A stretch of 64,000 nt of DNA from Callorhinchus milii (Eukaryota). The stretch lies in the NCBI RefSeq assembly GCF_018977255.1, contig NW_024704742.1, positions 9,550,001-9,614,000 of the forward strand, written 5' to 3'. The position numbers and the translations under genes are program-made. This document shows positions 25,586 through 40,322 of the stretch, one piece after another. Positions within the stretch are counted from its first letter, which is position 1. Every line of letters starts with the position of its first letter. Below the pieces are notes generated by a model, which worked only from the letters and a program-made list of their open reading frames with translations, made no database searches and was not told the DNA's origin.

Positions 25586-28500
25586 GGCGGCCTCTGTTTC
25601 TGTAAAGATGCTGCTATCACACCTGAACCATATTCTACTTCTCGCCCACCACGTGACAGGCCACTGTGTCAGAGGTGCCTTTATTTTAAAAATAAATTGA
25701 AGTGGTCAGGAAATGTATCGGCAAAAGTGTATGGCTTGCAAAAGCAGCAGCTGCTGGTGGAGCTGAATGGCCCGATCACAATAAAGTCTCCAGCCAGCAC
25801 AGGTCAATTTAATCTTGCATTTGGGTAACATCTGGGAGTTGTGTGTGTGTATGGTAATGGGCAGGGAGGGATCAGATCTTCTGTGCACATATCACCGTGG
25901 CTATATTTAGCAAATAGACTATTAAAAAGTGCCTGAAGGTCTACATGGGCTCACTTAATCACAAATCAAACCTTTAAACCCAAAGGCCTGGAGCTGCCAA
26001 GAAACACTGAGCTCAGTCCGTTCCTTCATTGGCTGCCCTGACTGGAATATACCAGCTCAGAACCGCTATTGTTCGAGAAATTAAATTTTCGGCAATGGTG
26101 TTCTATAATTTTGTCCGTTTGATAGAACGATGATGGGTTTTAACAGATGTGAAGCTGCCCTGGGCACTCTATATGCAGACCACATTGTCAGAACTACTTC
26201 TATCCTCCTCCACCACCAACCACCCCACCCCCCTCCCCTCTCATCTGATTTTCTCACCTTGCCTTTCCAGGCAGCACATTTGATGTGGCTGAGGGGAAGG
26301 GGCAACCCCCGCTCCCCATCTCAAACTGACTACTGGGTTATAGCTGAGAGAAAAAACAGTGATGGCTCTTCTTGTGATCTCCCTCCTTTCCTCTCTCTCC
26401 GTCCCTCCCTCCCTCCCTCCTTCCCTCCGGTCTCCTCTTGCACCAGAATGACTGAAAGACCCAATAATCTATCATTTCATAATAATGATTTGCACTATGC
26501 TTGGGGCTTCAGTTAACAGTCCTTGGCTGAGATAGGTAGCAGATCAGACTGGAAATGACAAACCTGAGCCCTTCCTGCTCTGCGTAACTCTGTTCCACGA
26601 TTGAGGAAGACGTGAGAGGGCAGATAATCAAGGTTCCAAAGATAACTCATTTGATCACTGTAAGATGAATCTGAATAATAATCCTTGTGTTTGATATCTA
26701 ACCTTTCACGTTGGGAAGACATCCCAAAGTGTCTGGCACTGTTGGTTTGGTGCATGAGCTGGGGGTGATAGTTGAATGGGGTGGGGAGGGGTCAGATTAC
26801 TGAAAGTGCACTTCACGAGGGAAATCTTGAGGCAGGCCTTTGACAATGAGGAGGGAGCGAGTTGGAGGGACTCCTTGATGGAGTTTCAGAGATTAGGGAT
26901 CAAATGGCTTAAAGTTCAACTGGCAATGATGCAGCAGATAAGGACAGAGGACATAAAGTAGAATTAAATGTAAAGTGAAATGTCTGTAGGCAAATGTGGC
27001 AGCCGATTTGCACACAGTAATGACCCGCAGACAGGCATGAAGTGAATGATTAATTTTACCAGGAAATTCTTGGCCAGGACACAGGGCAAAAATTCAGCAG
27101 TGGAATGTTGCGTCCCTGTATGTATAAAGTGTTTGAATTCTCACATCTTGGCATTAGGGGAGAGGTCAGTGTGATGAACGATGGCTGTGTAACTGACAGC
27201 TCTGATGACTGGGGACTTGCAGTGATCAACTCTCCGCAGTTTCTGTCTTTCTCTCAACAAAAGTCCCTTCGGGGAATGTTCTGCCAGGCCTGTGCTATGC
27301 AGTCCTTCATTTAAAGTAATTCCTTCTCTGTGTGAATTGGCACTGAATCCTCAGCACAGATTGTCATCACAGCCCAGTTTGGTTCCTCGCAAAGTCAACA
27401 ACATTATAACAGGATCAATAAATAAACCTTATATTTGAAACAGCATCTATATCATTCGAAAGCCTTGGTGGGTGTTCTGGAAGGACGAGATCCAATAATA
27501 ATAATAATAATCCTTGCATTTGATATAGCGCCTTATCATGTCTTTGAAACGTCTCAAAGCAATTCACAGAATATTCTGTCAAGTGGAGTGACTGTATATT
27601 TTACGCACTGCCCGGTTCATCCCAACTTCTCTTATGAACTTGTGACAATTGGAGGCACTTCCTCCTCTTTTCAAATAGTCTCACAGTTGCGAATAGGCAG
27701 ACAGGACCTCAGTTTAGCATCTTATCAGAGGCTGGCACCTAAACAGCGCACCCCCAGCGTTGCATTGTAATCCCAGCACACACTGTGTGTTCAAAACATG
27801 GGGCTTAAACCCACAAACCTCTAAGAACTAGGCCAGGCTGACACCACGATAGCCAAATCTAAATATTGCTTTCAAATTGCATACTTGTCTCTTGAGAAAA
27901 AAGTCAGGAACTAATTTGGCTTGATATTCAGGCTCATCTTCCCGCCTCTGCTGCTATTGTTAGAAAGAAATCAGTAATCGGGGATCAGTTATGCATTGGT
28001 CAACCAATAGCTTAACCTAAGTAAGATCTAATGTTTGCGTGCCATTGCTGTTCATTCAGGAGAGGGGTAGATTTGCCCTGTGGAAGTCTACTGCATACAC
28101 CCAGTTCGGATACAGGAAGGTTAGGTGCAGACTAAAGCAGAGTAAAGCTCTGTTTATCCTTCTCAAGCAGTTATCTTCAAAGGGTAACTAAAGTAGAGGA
28201 TGTCACACCAGCCATCCCCATGGCCTCTCCGAGATGGACAATTTGGAGCATATAATAGAATTCAGGTCTCCGAAGCACGCTACCCTTCTATTCCCCCATT
28301 ACCAGAATTCCCTAGTTAGCGATCTATGTTTAATTCAATTGATGAATGAAAATGTCCGCCCTGAGTGATGTGGTTTTAGTTCCACAGTCTCTTTTGTCTC
28401 CACGGCACTTTTTAATGATCATTTGCTTCACTTGTTCAACTTGCCCATTCTGTGGGACAGAGTAAAGCCTGGTGAACGTTAATTAGTCCCACAGACACGA

Positions 28501-29269
28501 CAAGCTTTTCTCTGGATACTTTTGAACGAGCTGACAAGCGATAAAATTGGCAAGAGTTCAGTCATGTATGGCAGACATTCAACATCAAGGCACAGGCTGC
28601 ATTTAGCAATGAAGATAGAGTGAACAGCCCAGCCGAACTACAACAACAACAAGATTACATTTGTATAGCGCCTTTCACGTCGGGAGAATGTACCAAGGAG
28701 GCATGTTGATGATCAGGGCTGAATACAAATAGATTCATGCCCCACTTCAGCTATTATTTGTGCTCTTGTTGTGCTTTCAATCAGAATTGTGAATCTGCTG
28801 CAATTCCACCCACAATTGCAATAACCACACTTCACACAAGCTTTGTGAAGTGCTCTGAGACCTTCTCAACATTTTAGGCTCTGTATGAAAAACGCTAGCA
28901 TTTGACAGGTCTAATGTTGTGCAGTCTCTCTTATTGGGAAATATCACAGGATGGGTTTAACCATAGGTTTTAGGTGCCCCATCTGCTATGACCACCGCAG
29001 GCCAAAATTGCTCCTCTTTCTGAGTGGAGTGCAAGAAGCTCCATAGTTAGTGTTGCCTTCCAGCACTAGTTCTGTAGACTTACTATAGTGAAGCTTCACA
29101 GTGTGGGGTCCCAGCATGGGCTCTGCTATCAGGGCAGATAGTTTGTCTTTTCATTAATCAGCCAGGGCAGTGGTTAAGGAACTCATTCACTCACAGCATT
29201 TTGTTAAATCTAATAACAATAATAATACTGCTAAAATGTCCAAAACATTACAAAGCTCTTTACAAGGAA

Positions 29270-29615
29270 TCGTTGTCAAGTGTAGCAACTGTGTATTTGT
29301 AGGCTAACACAGCAACCAATTTACATGCAGCGAGGTGCCATAAAGAGCCATGAAGTGACTGACCAATGTTTAGCTGGGCGATTGTTGGCCAGGACACCGG
29401 CAGAGAGAAACTCCCTTCTCCTTTTGAATGGTGCCACGGGATCTTTAGCATCAACGTGAACAGGCAGCCGGGACCTCAGCTTAACATCTCATCCAAAAGA
29501 TAGCGCTTCCGACAATGGAGTGTTAACCTAGATTATGAACTCAACATCCTGACACAGGGCTTGAACCCACAACCTTCTGACCTGAAGAGTACTATCAACT
29601 GAGCCAGGCTGACAC
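29270..29615 (-). mobile_element. Older tRNA-headed SINE
   Basis: ttggccaggacacc...gtgccacgggatcttt...ttaacatctcatcc...cttgaacccacaaccttctga...caactgagcca; relatives at about 24620-24965, 34900-35130, 37850-38240 and 52845-53235. Confidence 0.75.
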
Positions 29616-29984
29616 CTGTTGCGATGACACACTACAGAGCAATTACAAACCTCCCACATGTTTAGCATTTACTGGAGCCCAAGAGAAAGTGAAATAAATG
29701 TTCAGATCAACAAACCAACAAAATTCAGTATCTGAGATCTATTAAGATCATATTTCTATCAGTGACCAGCAGTTTCAATTTCCTTTTCATTTTTTCTCAA
29801 CAACCAAGAACAATTTGCATTTAATTTAGCGCCTTTCATGTGGGGCTAGCCTCTTGGAGCACTGAACAATAATAATAATAATCGTTGCATTTGATATAGC
29901 GCCTTATTACATGTTTCAGACATCTCAAAGCGCTTCACAGAATATACTGTCAAGTGAATTGACTGTATATTTTGTGGGTGAAAC

Positions 29985-30255
29985 AAGGATGTAAACCGAG
30001 AATTACTGTAATTTCTCAGTGAAACAGTTTCAGTGAGCGAGCAGTAAATGTATGGAACAGGCTCCCCTGGAGAGACAGTGGAAGCAGAAAGTATTGATCC
30101 TTTCAAGAAATATTCAATAGATTTCTGTTCAGAAATAATATCTCAAGATACAGTGTATAGTTTGGGACACGACATGTCAAGTGACTGCCAGGATGGTGGA
30201 AGGAGAACTGGATAGAACATTGGTCTTCTTTCGTGTAGCAAATTTTTATGTTCTA
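29985..30255 (+). mobile_element. Degenerate CR1-like LINE 3' end
   Basis: tggaacaggctccctggagagacagtggaagcagaaagtattgatcctttcaag reads WNRLP..TVEAESIDPFK-like. Confidence 0.6.
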
Positions 30256-30744
30256 AACAAACAACCCAAAACGAGGTTGCGAAGGTAAAACGGGAAGCGT
30301 TTCAATAGTCTGTTCATCACTCCTGCTTTGTGAAATGAAGTGTGGATTCAAAACTGTGGGGATGCTGCAAGGTTCAGCTGCCTTTTTGAAATCTCTGCTT
30401 AAATGTTGCCTTTGCTAGGTCTCCTGACGTTGCAGGTGAAGAGTAGCTGCTGAGTAATTTGCCCAGCTCGGAGTGTGTGTGTGTGCGCACTAATTAAAAA
30501 GGCCCCACACTCTTCCTCCAGGGGTAACGTTATCTGCATATCCACAGGGCATTAGCTTGTAGGATTATGTACAGCCTTTCGTTCATGTGAAATAAAGCAA
30601 AGTGCAGTTAATCATTTTCACTCAAAGCTCTTCAACAGATAGCTTCTCTTTATCTTCCACCTTGCTTGCTCTCTCTCTCCCACCTCACCACCCACGCGCC
30701 CCCCCACCTCCATATCCCAAAACACAGACTGTGCAAATTCCTTG

Positions 30745-30969
30745 GCAAGATTGTTTTTCCGGGGGTAATAATTCCTTCCAAAAAAATAATAATAATAAAT
30801 TGGTCACTCAATCCATGACTGTTTGTGGGACACTGCTGTGCGCAATTGGTTTCTGCATTTCGCGCACAAAATACAGTCAATTCACTTACAGTATATTCTG
30901 TGAAGCGCTTTAAGAAGTCTCGAAGACGTGATAAGGCATTATATCAAATGTAAGGATTATTATTATTAT
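30745..30969 (+). mobile_element. 5'-truncated SINE, long subfamily
   Basis: ttttccgggggtaataattcc...aaggattattattatt. Confidence 0.85.
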
Positions 30970-31363
30970 CAAGATTTCTCCATCTCAGTGCATTTCTCTG
31001 TTGATGACAATCCGATATATTGTCCTGAAATCCTAGCTCAGAGCTGGTGTATGTAAACTGAGAGATACAGCAGGCAAGTGAATTGTTCTGTTGAAATTAT
31101 TTTCGGATTAACCACTTTGATGTCTCTCAGTACGGGAGGATAAATTCTCTTATTGTGTTCCAACCCCCCATCACCACCTGCTCCAAACAAATCTGGAAAT
31201 ACTAGTTACTGGAAGGGTTTAATCTGATAAGGGAAGCTGTTGAACAGTCCAGGGCTCTCACATAGCCTCTGAGTCATTTCTGCACACCGCATAGCACATT
31301 CAGAAAGTATTACCTTTTCAGTCTTTGTAAGTTTTTCCGTTAGTTTCCTCTCGTCTTCTCCAT

Positions 31364-31731
31364 GGAGTCCTGCAGCTCAGTGGTTGGAGCACTCACCTTG
31401 CAAGCGAGAGACCTGGGTTTGATTTTCACCAGGGCAAAATGTTGGGCAAGTTTCCTTACTCTGCACCTCTTTGTTTACCCAGCAGTAAGTAGGAACCCAG
31501 TTGTTAGTCGATCGGTGGATCGCTTTTCCGGGGGTAATAATCCCTTCCAAAAATATAAGAATAAATGATCACTTCAATCCACAACTGTTTGTGGGACGCT
31601 GCTTGCGCAATTGGCTGCCGTGTTTCACTAACAAAATATACAGCCAATTCATTTTACAGTATATTCTGTGAAGTACTTTAAAACAACATGATAAGGCTCT
31701 ATATCAAATGCAAGGATTATTATTATTATTA
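31364..31731 (+). mobile_element. Full-length SINE, long subfamily
   Basis: ggagtcctgcagctcagtgg head through the (ATT)n tail. Confidence 0.9.
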
Positions 31732-32184
31732 TAGGACACTAGAACTTGTCCTGTGAAATATTAGGCAGAAATTTGGGAATAGGGAATTTGGTGGCATTCA
31801 AACTCTTCAATTTCACCTCATCTACTTGTCCCACTGTATGGTATAGACTGAGGGAGTTGATGGTTTGATAGATGGGCAGTTTGTGCAGTCTTAGCTGAGT
31901 AGTACCGGTACACATAATAATCCCCCCCACCTGCCACCCCCGGGCATCTCCAAATGATTTTGCCCACAAATTTAATTCACTGTACAGTATGTTCTGTGAA
32001 GCGCTTTGAGACGTCTCTAAGGTGTGATGAGGTGCTATATCAAATGCAAGGATTAATATTCGTAGTAGTATTTGTGCTTAAGCAGTGACAGACGCAGTGT
32101 GCTCATAAGTTAGGGATGTGACAGGCAGGTCTTGACACACTTCAGATATTGTACTGGTACCTATATTATCTGGAAACTGTACTG

Positions 32185-32545
32185 AGACCCTGCATCCCTT
32201 CGTGCCTTGGCACCTACCTACCTCTCCGACTTGCGTACCCCCCAACAACCCACAACCCGCTGCCTCTGCTCGACTGGCTCCAGGCTTCTGCATGCCACTC
32301 GTGCTCTCCGTTCCACCAATGGTCGCCACCAAGCCCCAAAACTCTGGAACACACTTCCTCTATCCCTCTGCCTTGTCCCTTCCTTCCCTATTTTCAGGTT
32401 GTACCTGAAGACCTTCCTATTTGACCTTGTGTACAGTCACCTCCCCCTCCCCCCGGCTTAGAGTCATGCTCCACCACTGTCAAGCACTCTGAGACACTAT
32501 CCTGTGTGAGGGACGCTATATAATGCAAGTTGGTAGTGTTGTTGT
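32185..32545 (+). mobile_element. L2 LINE 3' fragment
   Basis: Peptide APTYLSDL...QAPKLWNTLP...FRLYLKTFLF. Confidence 0.85.
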
Positions 32546-33457
32546 CCAATGTGTGATTGTGCAGTAAAAGTCAGAGCATGCTCAGACCACCTGAGATAAG
32601 TGGGCTCCACCCCTCACTGCTCAATGATCAACAATAGCTTTGTAAGATGCTTCAACATCAATGTGAAAAGCCCTATGTAAGCGCAAAGTGGTATTGTGAA
32701 CCTCTAAATAAAGTCTTCAGTACGAGTATCAACAAATAACAGCACAAAGGAGGAGTTGTCCACAGACCTTCATCACAATTGGAACCAGTCAGCAAAAGAT
32801 GCAATCTACTGCAGAAATCAAATCATCTCCGGCTGATGTGTACCGGCTACTGTTTAGCAGTTATTGAATAAGAGAGGTTAAGATGTATTTTTTTCCACCT
32901 ATAATAGCACACAGTCACTCACACAACAGCAAAATCACTTTCTTTTGAGCAGGGCCCCCAAATGAAATGAGAAATCACAGAGTGGTTTGTAACAAAGCAT
33001 GAGGCTTGCAGTCACAAATCAATTGTGTGGAACAATCACTTTAAATTGCAAAGTGGCTGTCCCAGATTGAGACCCATTCATACGGTGTCATCAGGGGGCA
33101 ATACCAGTTATTGTATTGTTATATTGTTATACTCCCGTATTTCTGCCAGGTCTCTGAGACTGCAAACACCCCCCCCCCCCCCTCTTTGGTCTCCCCCTGC
33201 TTCTTTTACCAGTTTCACCGCCAGCTCGGGCCTGCGCGTTTATTACACCATCGAGGTGATTGAGTAATCAATCATTTCTTCCTCACTGTGGAGATGGGAA
33301 AGGGCATGAGGAAGGGGGTTGGTGCAGATGTGGTGGGCATTGTGTGTGTGTATGTGTGGTTTGTTTGCTGTTCTTTAAAGCCCAGTGTTTTAGTCTGATT
33401 GTGCGTCTGCCACACGTTGCATCTTCAAGCACTGACCCTCCCCTTCTGTAAAGCTGA

Positions 33458-33570
33458 GATAATAATAATCCTTGCATTTGATATAGTGCCTTATCACTTC
33501 TACGAGACGTCTCAAAATGCTTCACAGGATATACTGTAAAGTGAATTGGCTGTATATTTTGTGGGCGAGA
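33458..33570 (-). mobile_element. SINE tail fragment
   Basis: ataataatccttgcatttgatatag...ttttgtgggcga. Confidence 0.8.
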
Positions 33571-36500
33571 TCAAGGGGTTTGCTCGGACAGAGCAACATT
33601 TGTGCTGGTCGAAAGAAATCTTGCTGCCCATCCTAAGCGCACAGACTCAAGTCTAGTTCCCAAGTCCCAGCATTGTCTCAAACAAGCCATTAAAGCATTT
33701 TGACTTCACTAATGATCAAGAATTTTGTTCTTCCCCAGCATTACCCCCCCCCCCCCTGCTCTGCCAATTGAGCTAATAAACAGAATAAAGTACAATGATA
33801 ACTGTTCCTCCGGACATCTATTTGAGTCTTAGGTTCTGAGATCTGCACCACTGAAACTATTTTTACCAGGAAATCATTCCCCTTTTACCAAGAGTTTTAT
33901 GAATGTCTTCACACAGTTCAAGTAATTACTGTGCCAGAAAGCAAGCAAACATTACAGAGCCTTGCTCTAACCATGTTCATACCGTAGCTCCCTGAAATAC
34001 CTTTGTATTTCATACTGAGACTCTTGTGCTCCTAAAATTACTCTTATATGTGAGCACAGCCCATTCGCCCCTCCCCAACATCATATACTCTGATCTCTTG
34101 TACTCCTGAAATTGCTCTTATATATATATCCAACCACAGTCTTCCTCCTCCCCTTTCCCTTCCTCTTCCCTTGTTTACCGGGTAAACTCTAATCAGAGCA
34201 GGTTTCTCTCAGCTCTTAGGCCTGGTGAATTACAGTCATGAACAATCATGATGTATCTGCCAGTCCTCCTCACTGTTGTTGCTCCTGGATAATTTGCAGG
34301 TTCAACCCTTTGCTTAGCCAACACGTGGAGGGAAGTGACAGTGGTGCTGATAAAGTACTAACAATGACAATGTGCTGCACGTTGAATTGAAATCCCACTT
34401 TCATGACTTGAAGCTCTGAGAATTCAAGCCTAGTCCTTCTTGTTCTGTCCATATGTTGCCCCATTACACCCGATGGCTGATTCACTGATTTTTAACGATT
34501 CCCTAAATTTTAACTGCCTAGACCAAAACGCAGACTGCCCATATTTCAGAGAGGACCAGAAAGAGGACCCCCGAGCTCCTTCTCTGGCTATCAGTAAATT
34601 TAATAACCTCTATTGTGAGGGCTTCTTATTCTCTTTGTTCTTTGGTTAGCCATGTGTCTGACCGCCTATACATGGAAATTCTTGAGATATTTATTTGAAT
34701 GGAATGTGCACTGTATCCCTGGAGAGAATCATCCTGCTTTCCTAATTACTGAGCGTATCAGGCATAAATTGGCGAGAGCCAACTTTGGTGCCACACTTTA
34801 GTGAATGTGCATTAGGGTAACTGCTGGAGTTCAACCAACTAAAACCGCATAGCTTGACATTGTCTGGCAAGCTTTCCCGCTGCTTGTCCAGCTAGGTAAC
34901 CTTACCCATAGGGCCTTGGCTTATTATTCTTTTTCAATAGTACGATGAGATCTTTAAAATTCATCTGATCAGGGAAATGGGACCTTAGGTTAATTTCTCA
35001 TCAAAAGGACTGCACTCCCTAGTGCTGCACTGGAATGTCAATGTAGAATGTGAGCTCAAAGTCCTCATGTGGGGCTTGAACCTGCAAACTTGTGTCCCTA
35101 GAAATGAGAATACTACCAACTGAGGCTAGGCACTTGTTAGTATTTAACCAGCAACATCAATCTAATGATGAGCACACACAATCCCAGGGTCTGCAGCAAG
35201 CACAAATGTTCAGGTTCAAATCCCACTTTGTGCTTGCTGAATTAGCCGGGTGCAAATGGATTGCTACAGTTGGCCTCCGTGCCTCTTGGTCTGGGAGGAG
35301 AAAATCAGTCAGGCGCCCTGCTCCTAATCGCAATTGAGACCCTTTTCAACCCCATCAACAGCCATTGTTAAGGCTCGAGTATGAATAATGGTCACTTGAA
35401 TGAGGTGAGTGACCTTGGAACTTTAACCTAGTAGAAATAAAAAAATTGAATGCTTATGAGAGGGGAGAACATTTGTAAAATAAAAACTCTCAGAGTGGGA
35501 TTGTGCTGAATGAAGCATTATCTATACTGTGGCTCTGTGCCAACCAGCAATTGGATGAGATGAGCATACACATTTCATTTTGGATCATTCCAGCCAGAGA
35601 GACAGTGAGAGAGAGACAGCTAGAATAAAGACTTTAATCCATTAGTCTGGGATTGTTTCAAATCTGTCCAGAAATGAAGGGGCAGGGTTTCAGTTTACTG
35701 CACTGCAGTTCCATATAATCGCATGGCGAAGAGCTGATAAAAAGAACAGTTGGTTAAAGGACTAAATATTTTTGATCACATTCCAACAGTGGATGTACTT
35801 AGATGACAAGCTAGTAGCATCGTGCCCACATTCTGTCATGAAGACGGAAGCCTTGCGTCAAAAATGGATAATCAGGATGGAAAACAATTTGCGAAGTCAC
35901 AGTAATCCTACCCTGCATTCTCGTTTTAACACGCATTCTTCTGAACTAAACGTGGTTATCTATCTCACCAACAGGACAGCACAACGGGTAAAGATACCAC
36001 CCGATGTTGTACAGGTCACCTCTGTGACCTTGGGTTAGGAGGGAGGAACAATCAGCAAGGTTCATGCCCCTATTATGATTCAGATACCTCTCCTGTAAGG
36101 TGTGTGTGGATGTCAGGCCCCTTGGGGGTCGAGTAACCTACACAAGTTCACTGCTGACAGTCATGCATAAATTGTAACCACTCAGTAATCGTAATCATGG
36201 CCACTTTGACTCTCTCAGAGCCTTTTGCCGATAGAAGGAAAAAAGATAGATGAGGGAAAATGAAATAAAGGGGTGTGGCAGAGGGGATTAGGAGGGGCGG
36301 ATTGGAGTGGCTCATGTGTAAACGCTAGCGGGGATTAGTTGGACCAAATAGCATGTTTCTGTTCGAAATAACTCTGCGCAGAGGTGACTAACTACCTGGA
36401 AGAGAGGAGGAGGAAGAAAAATGGGAGGAAGAAAATTGTCAAAGAAAAGAATAGAAAAGATGCTTGGGTGGTTGTGTTTTGCTGGCAAGGAAGAGTAAGT

Positions 36501-36636
36501 GAGAGTCCAGTCTCCCTTCAGTGCTGAAAAATTGTATGATTCTAAAAATCCAGGTGGTTAGAAGTCTTCTTGTCCATCAAGACAGTCTCTGGGTAGAAGA
36601 GACAGTGAGCATATAGCAATTATAAACTTAAAATAT

Positions 36637-36980
36637 TAATAATAATCCTTGCATTTGATATTGCGCCTTCTCACATCTTCAAGACTTCTCAAAGCGCTTC
36701 ACAGAATATACTGTAAAGTGAATTGACTGTATATTTTGTCGGCAAAACACAGCAGCCAATTGTGCACAGCAGTGTCCCACAAACAGTCATGGATTGAGTA
36801 AACTAATAATTTTTTTTGAAGGGATTATTACTCCGGATAACAACCGGGTTACCTACTTACTGCTAGGTAAACGGAAGCGTGTGGAGTAAGGAAACTTGGC
36901 CAGGGTTTCGCCCTGCTCCGGAATTGAACCCAGGTCCTCATGCTTGTGAGCGAGTGCTCTAACCACTAACCTACAGGACT
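36637..36980 (-). mobile_element. Full-length SINE, long subfamily
   Basis: Reverse complement from tail to head ...ctctaaccactaacctacaggact. Confidence 0.9.
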
Positions 36981-39900
36981 TGCTGCAGGTTTTGTTAGAA
37001 CGCAGCTTACTGGAAGCGAAGTAGACTTAATGCACAGTAATGAGAAGCATTCCTATTATGTTGTAGCATTTATTATCTGGGTTATGTAAATCGGCAGCCT
37101 TTGCCGTCACCTGATGCCTGAACAATACTATGTGACCTAATGTGAAGTGCATAATAGAAGAAGCTGTTCATTTTCCTCTTACCCTGCAGGAAGCCTAGGA
37201 TGTTCTATTATGGTGTGAAAAATAATGCCAATACACTCAGACTAATTATGCTTTTATTACATTTACGGAAATTAAAAGCCCCATTGTCTCTATTGTATTC
37301 CTCATCTTTATATCCGTGGCACTCTCTTAGCCTGCGGTAAAATCTGCTTCTCTTTGCTCAGCATGTGGAAAGTACTGTACTAATAAAATTTAAACTGCAC
37401 AGCTCTGCAAGTTTGAGTTCGCAATCTTGTGCAACAAGATGCAGTGTGAGAGGAAGTAGCCCATTTATTCAGTGTAATGGGATTATTGCTCTGGTCATTT
37501 TGTTTGGTCATTGCCTTCACTGAATTGAGTTTTGATTTATTCAGATCTCAGGAACCATCAGAATGAGACGATCAGTAGCGAATCTACAAGCATTTTTTAA
37601 AGGGTGCTCATAATCTCCCACTGTTCCTTGCTTAGTTGCTTCACATTCCTGTTTTAATTATTACAATAGGTTGGGATGGACATGTGTGGTAAAATGCTAC
37701 ATGGGTCTAAATTTATGCTGTTTATGGAGAATTTCAGTATCCAGAATTTGTCATATTCGTAAGTACAGTTCCTTTAAGAGCTAAAGAAAACCAACTGCAA
37801 AGTTAAGACTGAGTTTAACATTTTGCAAAATTTTGATCGCTTTGGAACAATAATAATAATCATTCCATTTGATATAGCATCTTATCACGTCGTAGAAATG
37901 TCCCAAAGTGCTTCATAGGATTTACCATAAAGTGCAGTGACTGTATAATTGGGGAAGCCACTTTGCGCACAGTAATACCCACAAACAGCCACAAACAGTC
38001 ACAAATGACAAATGATCAATTTTATTTGTGGGATTGTTGGCCAGAACACTGGGAGAAACTCCAACATCTTCTCAAATTGTACCATAGGATCATTTTCAGT
38101 CATCTGAATTGGCAGCCGGGACCTCAGTTTAATGCCTCAACTGAAGGACGGCGCCTCTATCAATGCAGCACTCCTCCAGCATTGGATTAGAATGATATTA
38201 TATATATATATATATATAATCGCAGTCTATGAGTTCAAAATCCTGAAATACTAAATAGAGGAAATATAGACCCAGGTGAATTTCTGCCCAAGGGGCCATA
38301 CAATCAACAATGTATATTACATGAACTAATTGTTAGTAGGAGTAGTTGTCCATTTTTTCAGGATAATTTGGATTTTTTTCCCAAAATTCCAACCATGTGT
38401 ATCTAGTTTCGGACATCTCGTTTGCAGAGCAAAGGGTAAAATGCAAGGATTATTATTTACACACTTCTAATCAAGGGATTCATTAGGTGGGGTAGAGTCC
38501 ATGGTAATGGAGGAGAAGGGAAATATGTTTCATGTAACGGCCTTATCTCAGTCCACGTTTTTACTGCTTGTTTTACATTTCTTATGATCTTAATTGAAAC
38601 AAAATCTGATGGAGCTGCATAAACGTAGCTGCACTCAGCTTCCTAACCTTGTTGGGTGCTTATCCGCAGTTGTACTCCCTCCCCCAACTCAGACCAACCT
38701 CAGCTGCCAAAGCTCATTCGGTGCAGATTGTGTCTCGGCTTTATGCGGAAAACGATCTGCAGTGTCACCCTGGCCTTTGCTGCTCTTTCCGGATGCATTT
38801 TCTAGACTGCAGCTATTGATCTGCATTTGCTTTATTCCAAAAACAGAACTGTGTCAGCAAAACGGCTGTAATGTAATAGCTCTGGTGCAGTCAGAAATCT
38901 GGAAGCCAAGTTGTTCTCAAGATCATTCATGGTCTGTGGTGCTTGTGTGTGTGTGAATGTGCGCAATGGAGGGGGGTGGGGGTGGGAAGTAACGGAAACA
39001 GTCGTGACCTTACTAGCTCTACGTCCTGTTATCAGGAGGACCGTCTTTTGTCTTATCTCACAGATTATGTTATTATATCGCTCAGCAAATTACCCATGTG
39101 ATCCTAATGTCACTGAGGCTGAATATACGTGCAGAAATTGTCTAGACAGAAATGAGGGCCACTTGTTTCAAAAGTTACACTTTTTAGACGAATGCTCAAG
39201 TGCCTGATTGTAAATGCCATTTCAACCCATTCTTGCAAAGCACTGGCACAGTTCCTTGAGTCACAGTTTCCATTAAACATGTCAGCTTTAGCATTATGCC
39301 TGCTGGAAGCAAAGGAGAACCTTTTGTGCTTCAGCATACATTATGATTAACTTGAGGAGGCACCAATATATGGTGCCCAATTGGCAGTCAGCTTTATTAT
39401 GTACAAATGGCCATTCAGCTGTTTGTGCTAAACTAGCTCTCGCTCTCATGTATGATCATATGTGTTGGCCTCAAGGCAATATAAGAGCTTTATGATATGA
39501 TGGCGGACAAGGCAAAGTCATAGGAGTAATCCAGCTCAAACTGGATTGAATTTTAATTCTGTGACAGGCAGAAGTGACTGTCAGTATGATTTTTTTTCTT
39601 TTCTTACAATTTTCTTTTTCTAACTGAAGTCTTAAAATGAGTCAACCAGAGTGCAAGTAATTCTCAGCTATCTGATGTCTCGTACATCACCAAAGACCAT
39701 CTCTCAGTTAGTGAAAAAGCTTGCCTCATAAAAGCTCAATCCATCAATAAACCTATTAAATGCATGACGTTCTGCATGTTCACATATTGACAATAAAAAG
39801 GCAGAATGGTTACTTTTTCTATGTGATTTGAATAGATTTCATTTAGATTGGCTGTGCTGCTATGCAGTGGGTTGACTCAGGCTGTTGATCCATAAATATC

Positions 39901-40194
39901 TCATTTGACTCCTCTCTGAATTGAGTCATGGTTGGAAATCATCTATCGGCACTGAGAAATATTTGTGTTTGCCACTCTTCCAATGTCGCTTTTTACCAGA
40001 AGAAAATAATAATAGTAACCCTTGGATTTCATGAAGTGCCTTTCTTGCTGTTAAACATATGAATGTGGGCAGCCTCAAATCTATTCCTAATGGGTTTGGA
40101 TTCACAGACAGGGGAATGGAGCTCCAAAGTGAGTACTTTCTGCTTAGAGTACTCTTTCTCCACCTCCCCCACCCCCTAATGTGCAGACAGAAAC

Positions 40195-40322
40195 ATCATA
40201 GAAGCATAGAATTATACAGCACAAAAGGACACCATTCGTCCCACCGTGTCTGTGCCAGCTCTTTTGAAAGAGCTATCCAAATCAGTCCCACTCCTCCACT
40301 CTCTCCCCATAGCCCTGCAAAC
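40195..40322 (-). mobile_element. CR1 LINE 3' UTR fragment
   Basis: catagaagcatagaattatacagcac...ctcttttgaaagagctatccaaatcagtcccactcc; reverse complement of the 8215-8332 segment. Confidence 0.8.

Noticed and set aside
39064..39207. Acceptor plus EAEYTC as a possible Ig F-strand exon
   Set aside because: Lacks the D-x-G and the flanking Ig pattern, the phase does not fit and there is no clear donor.
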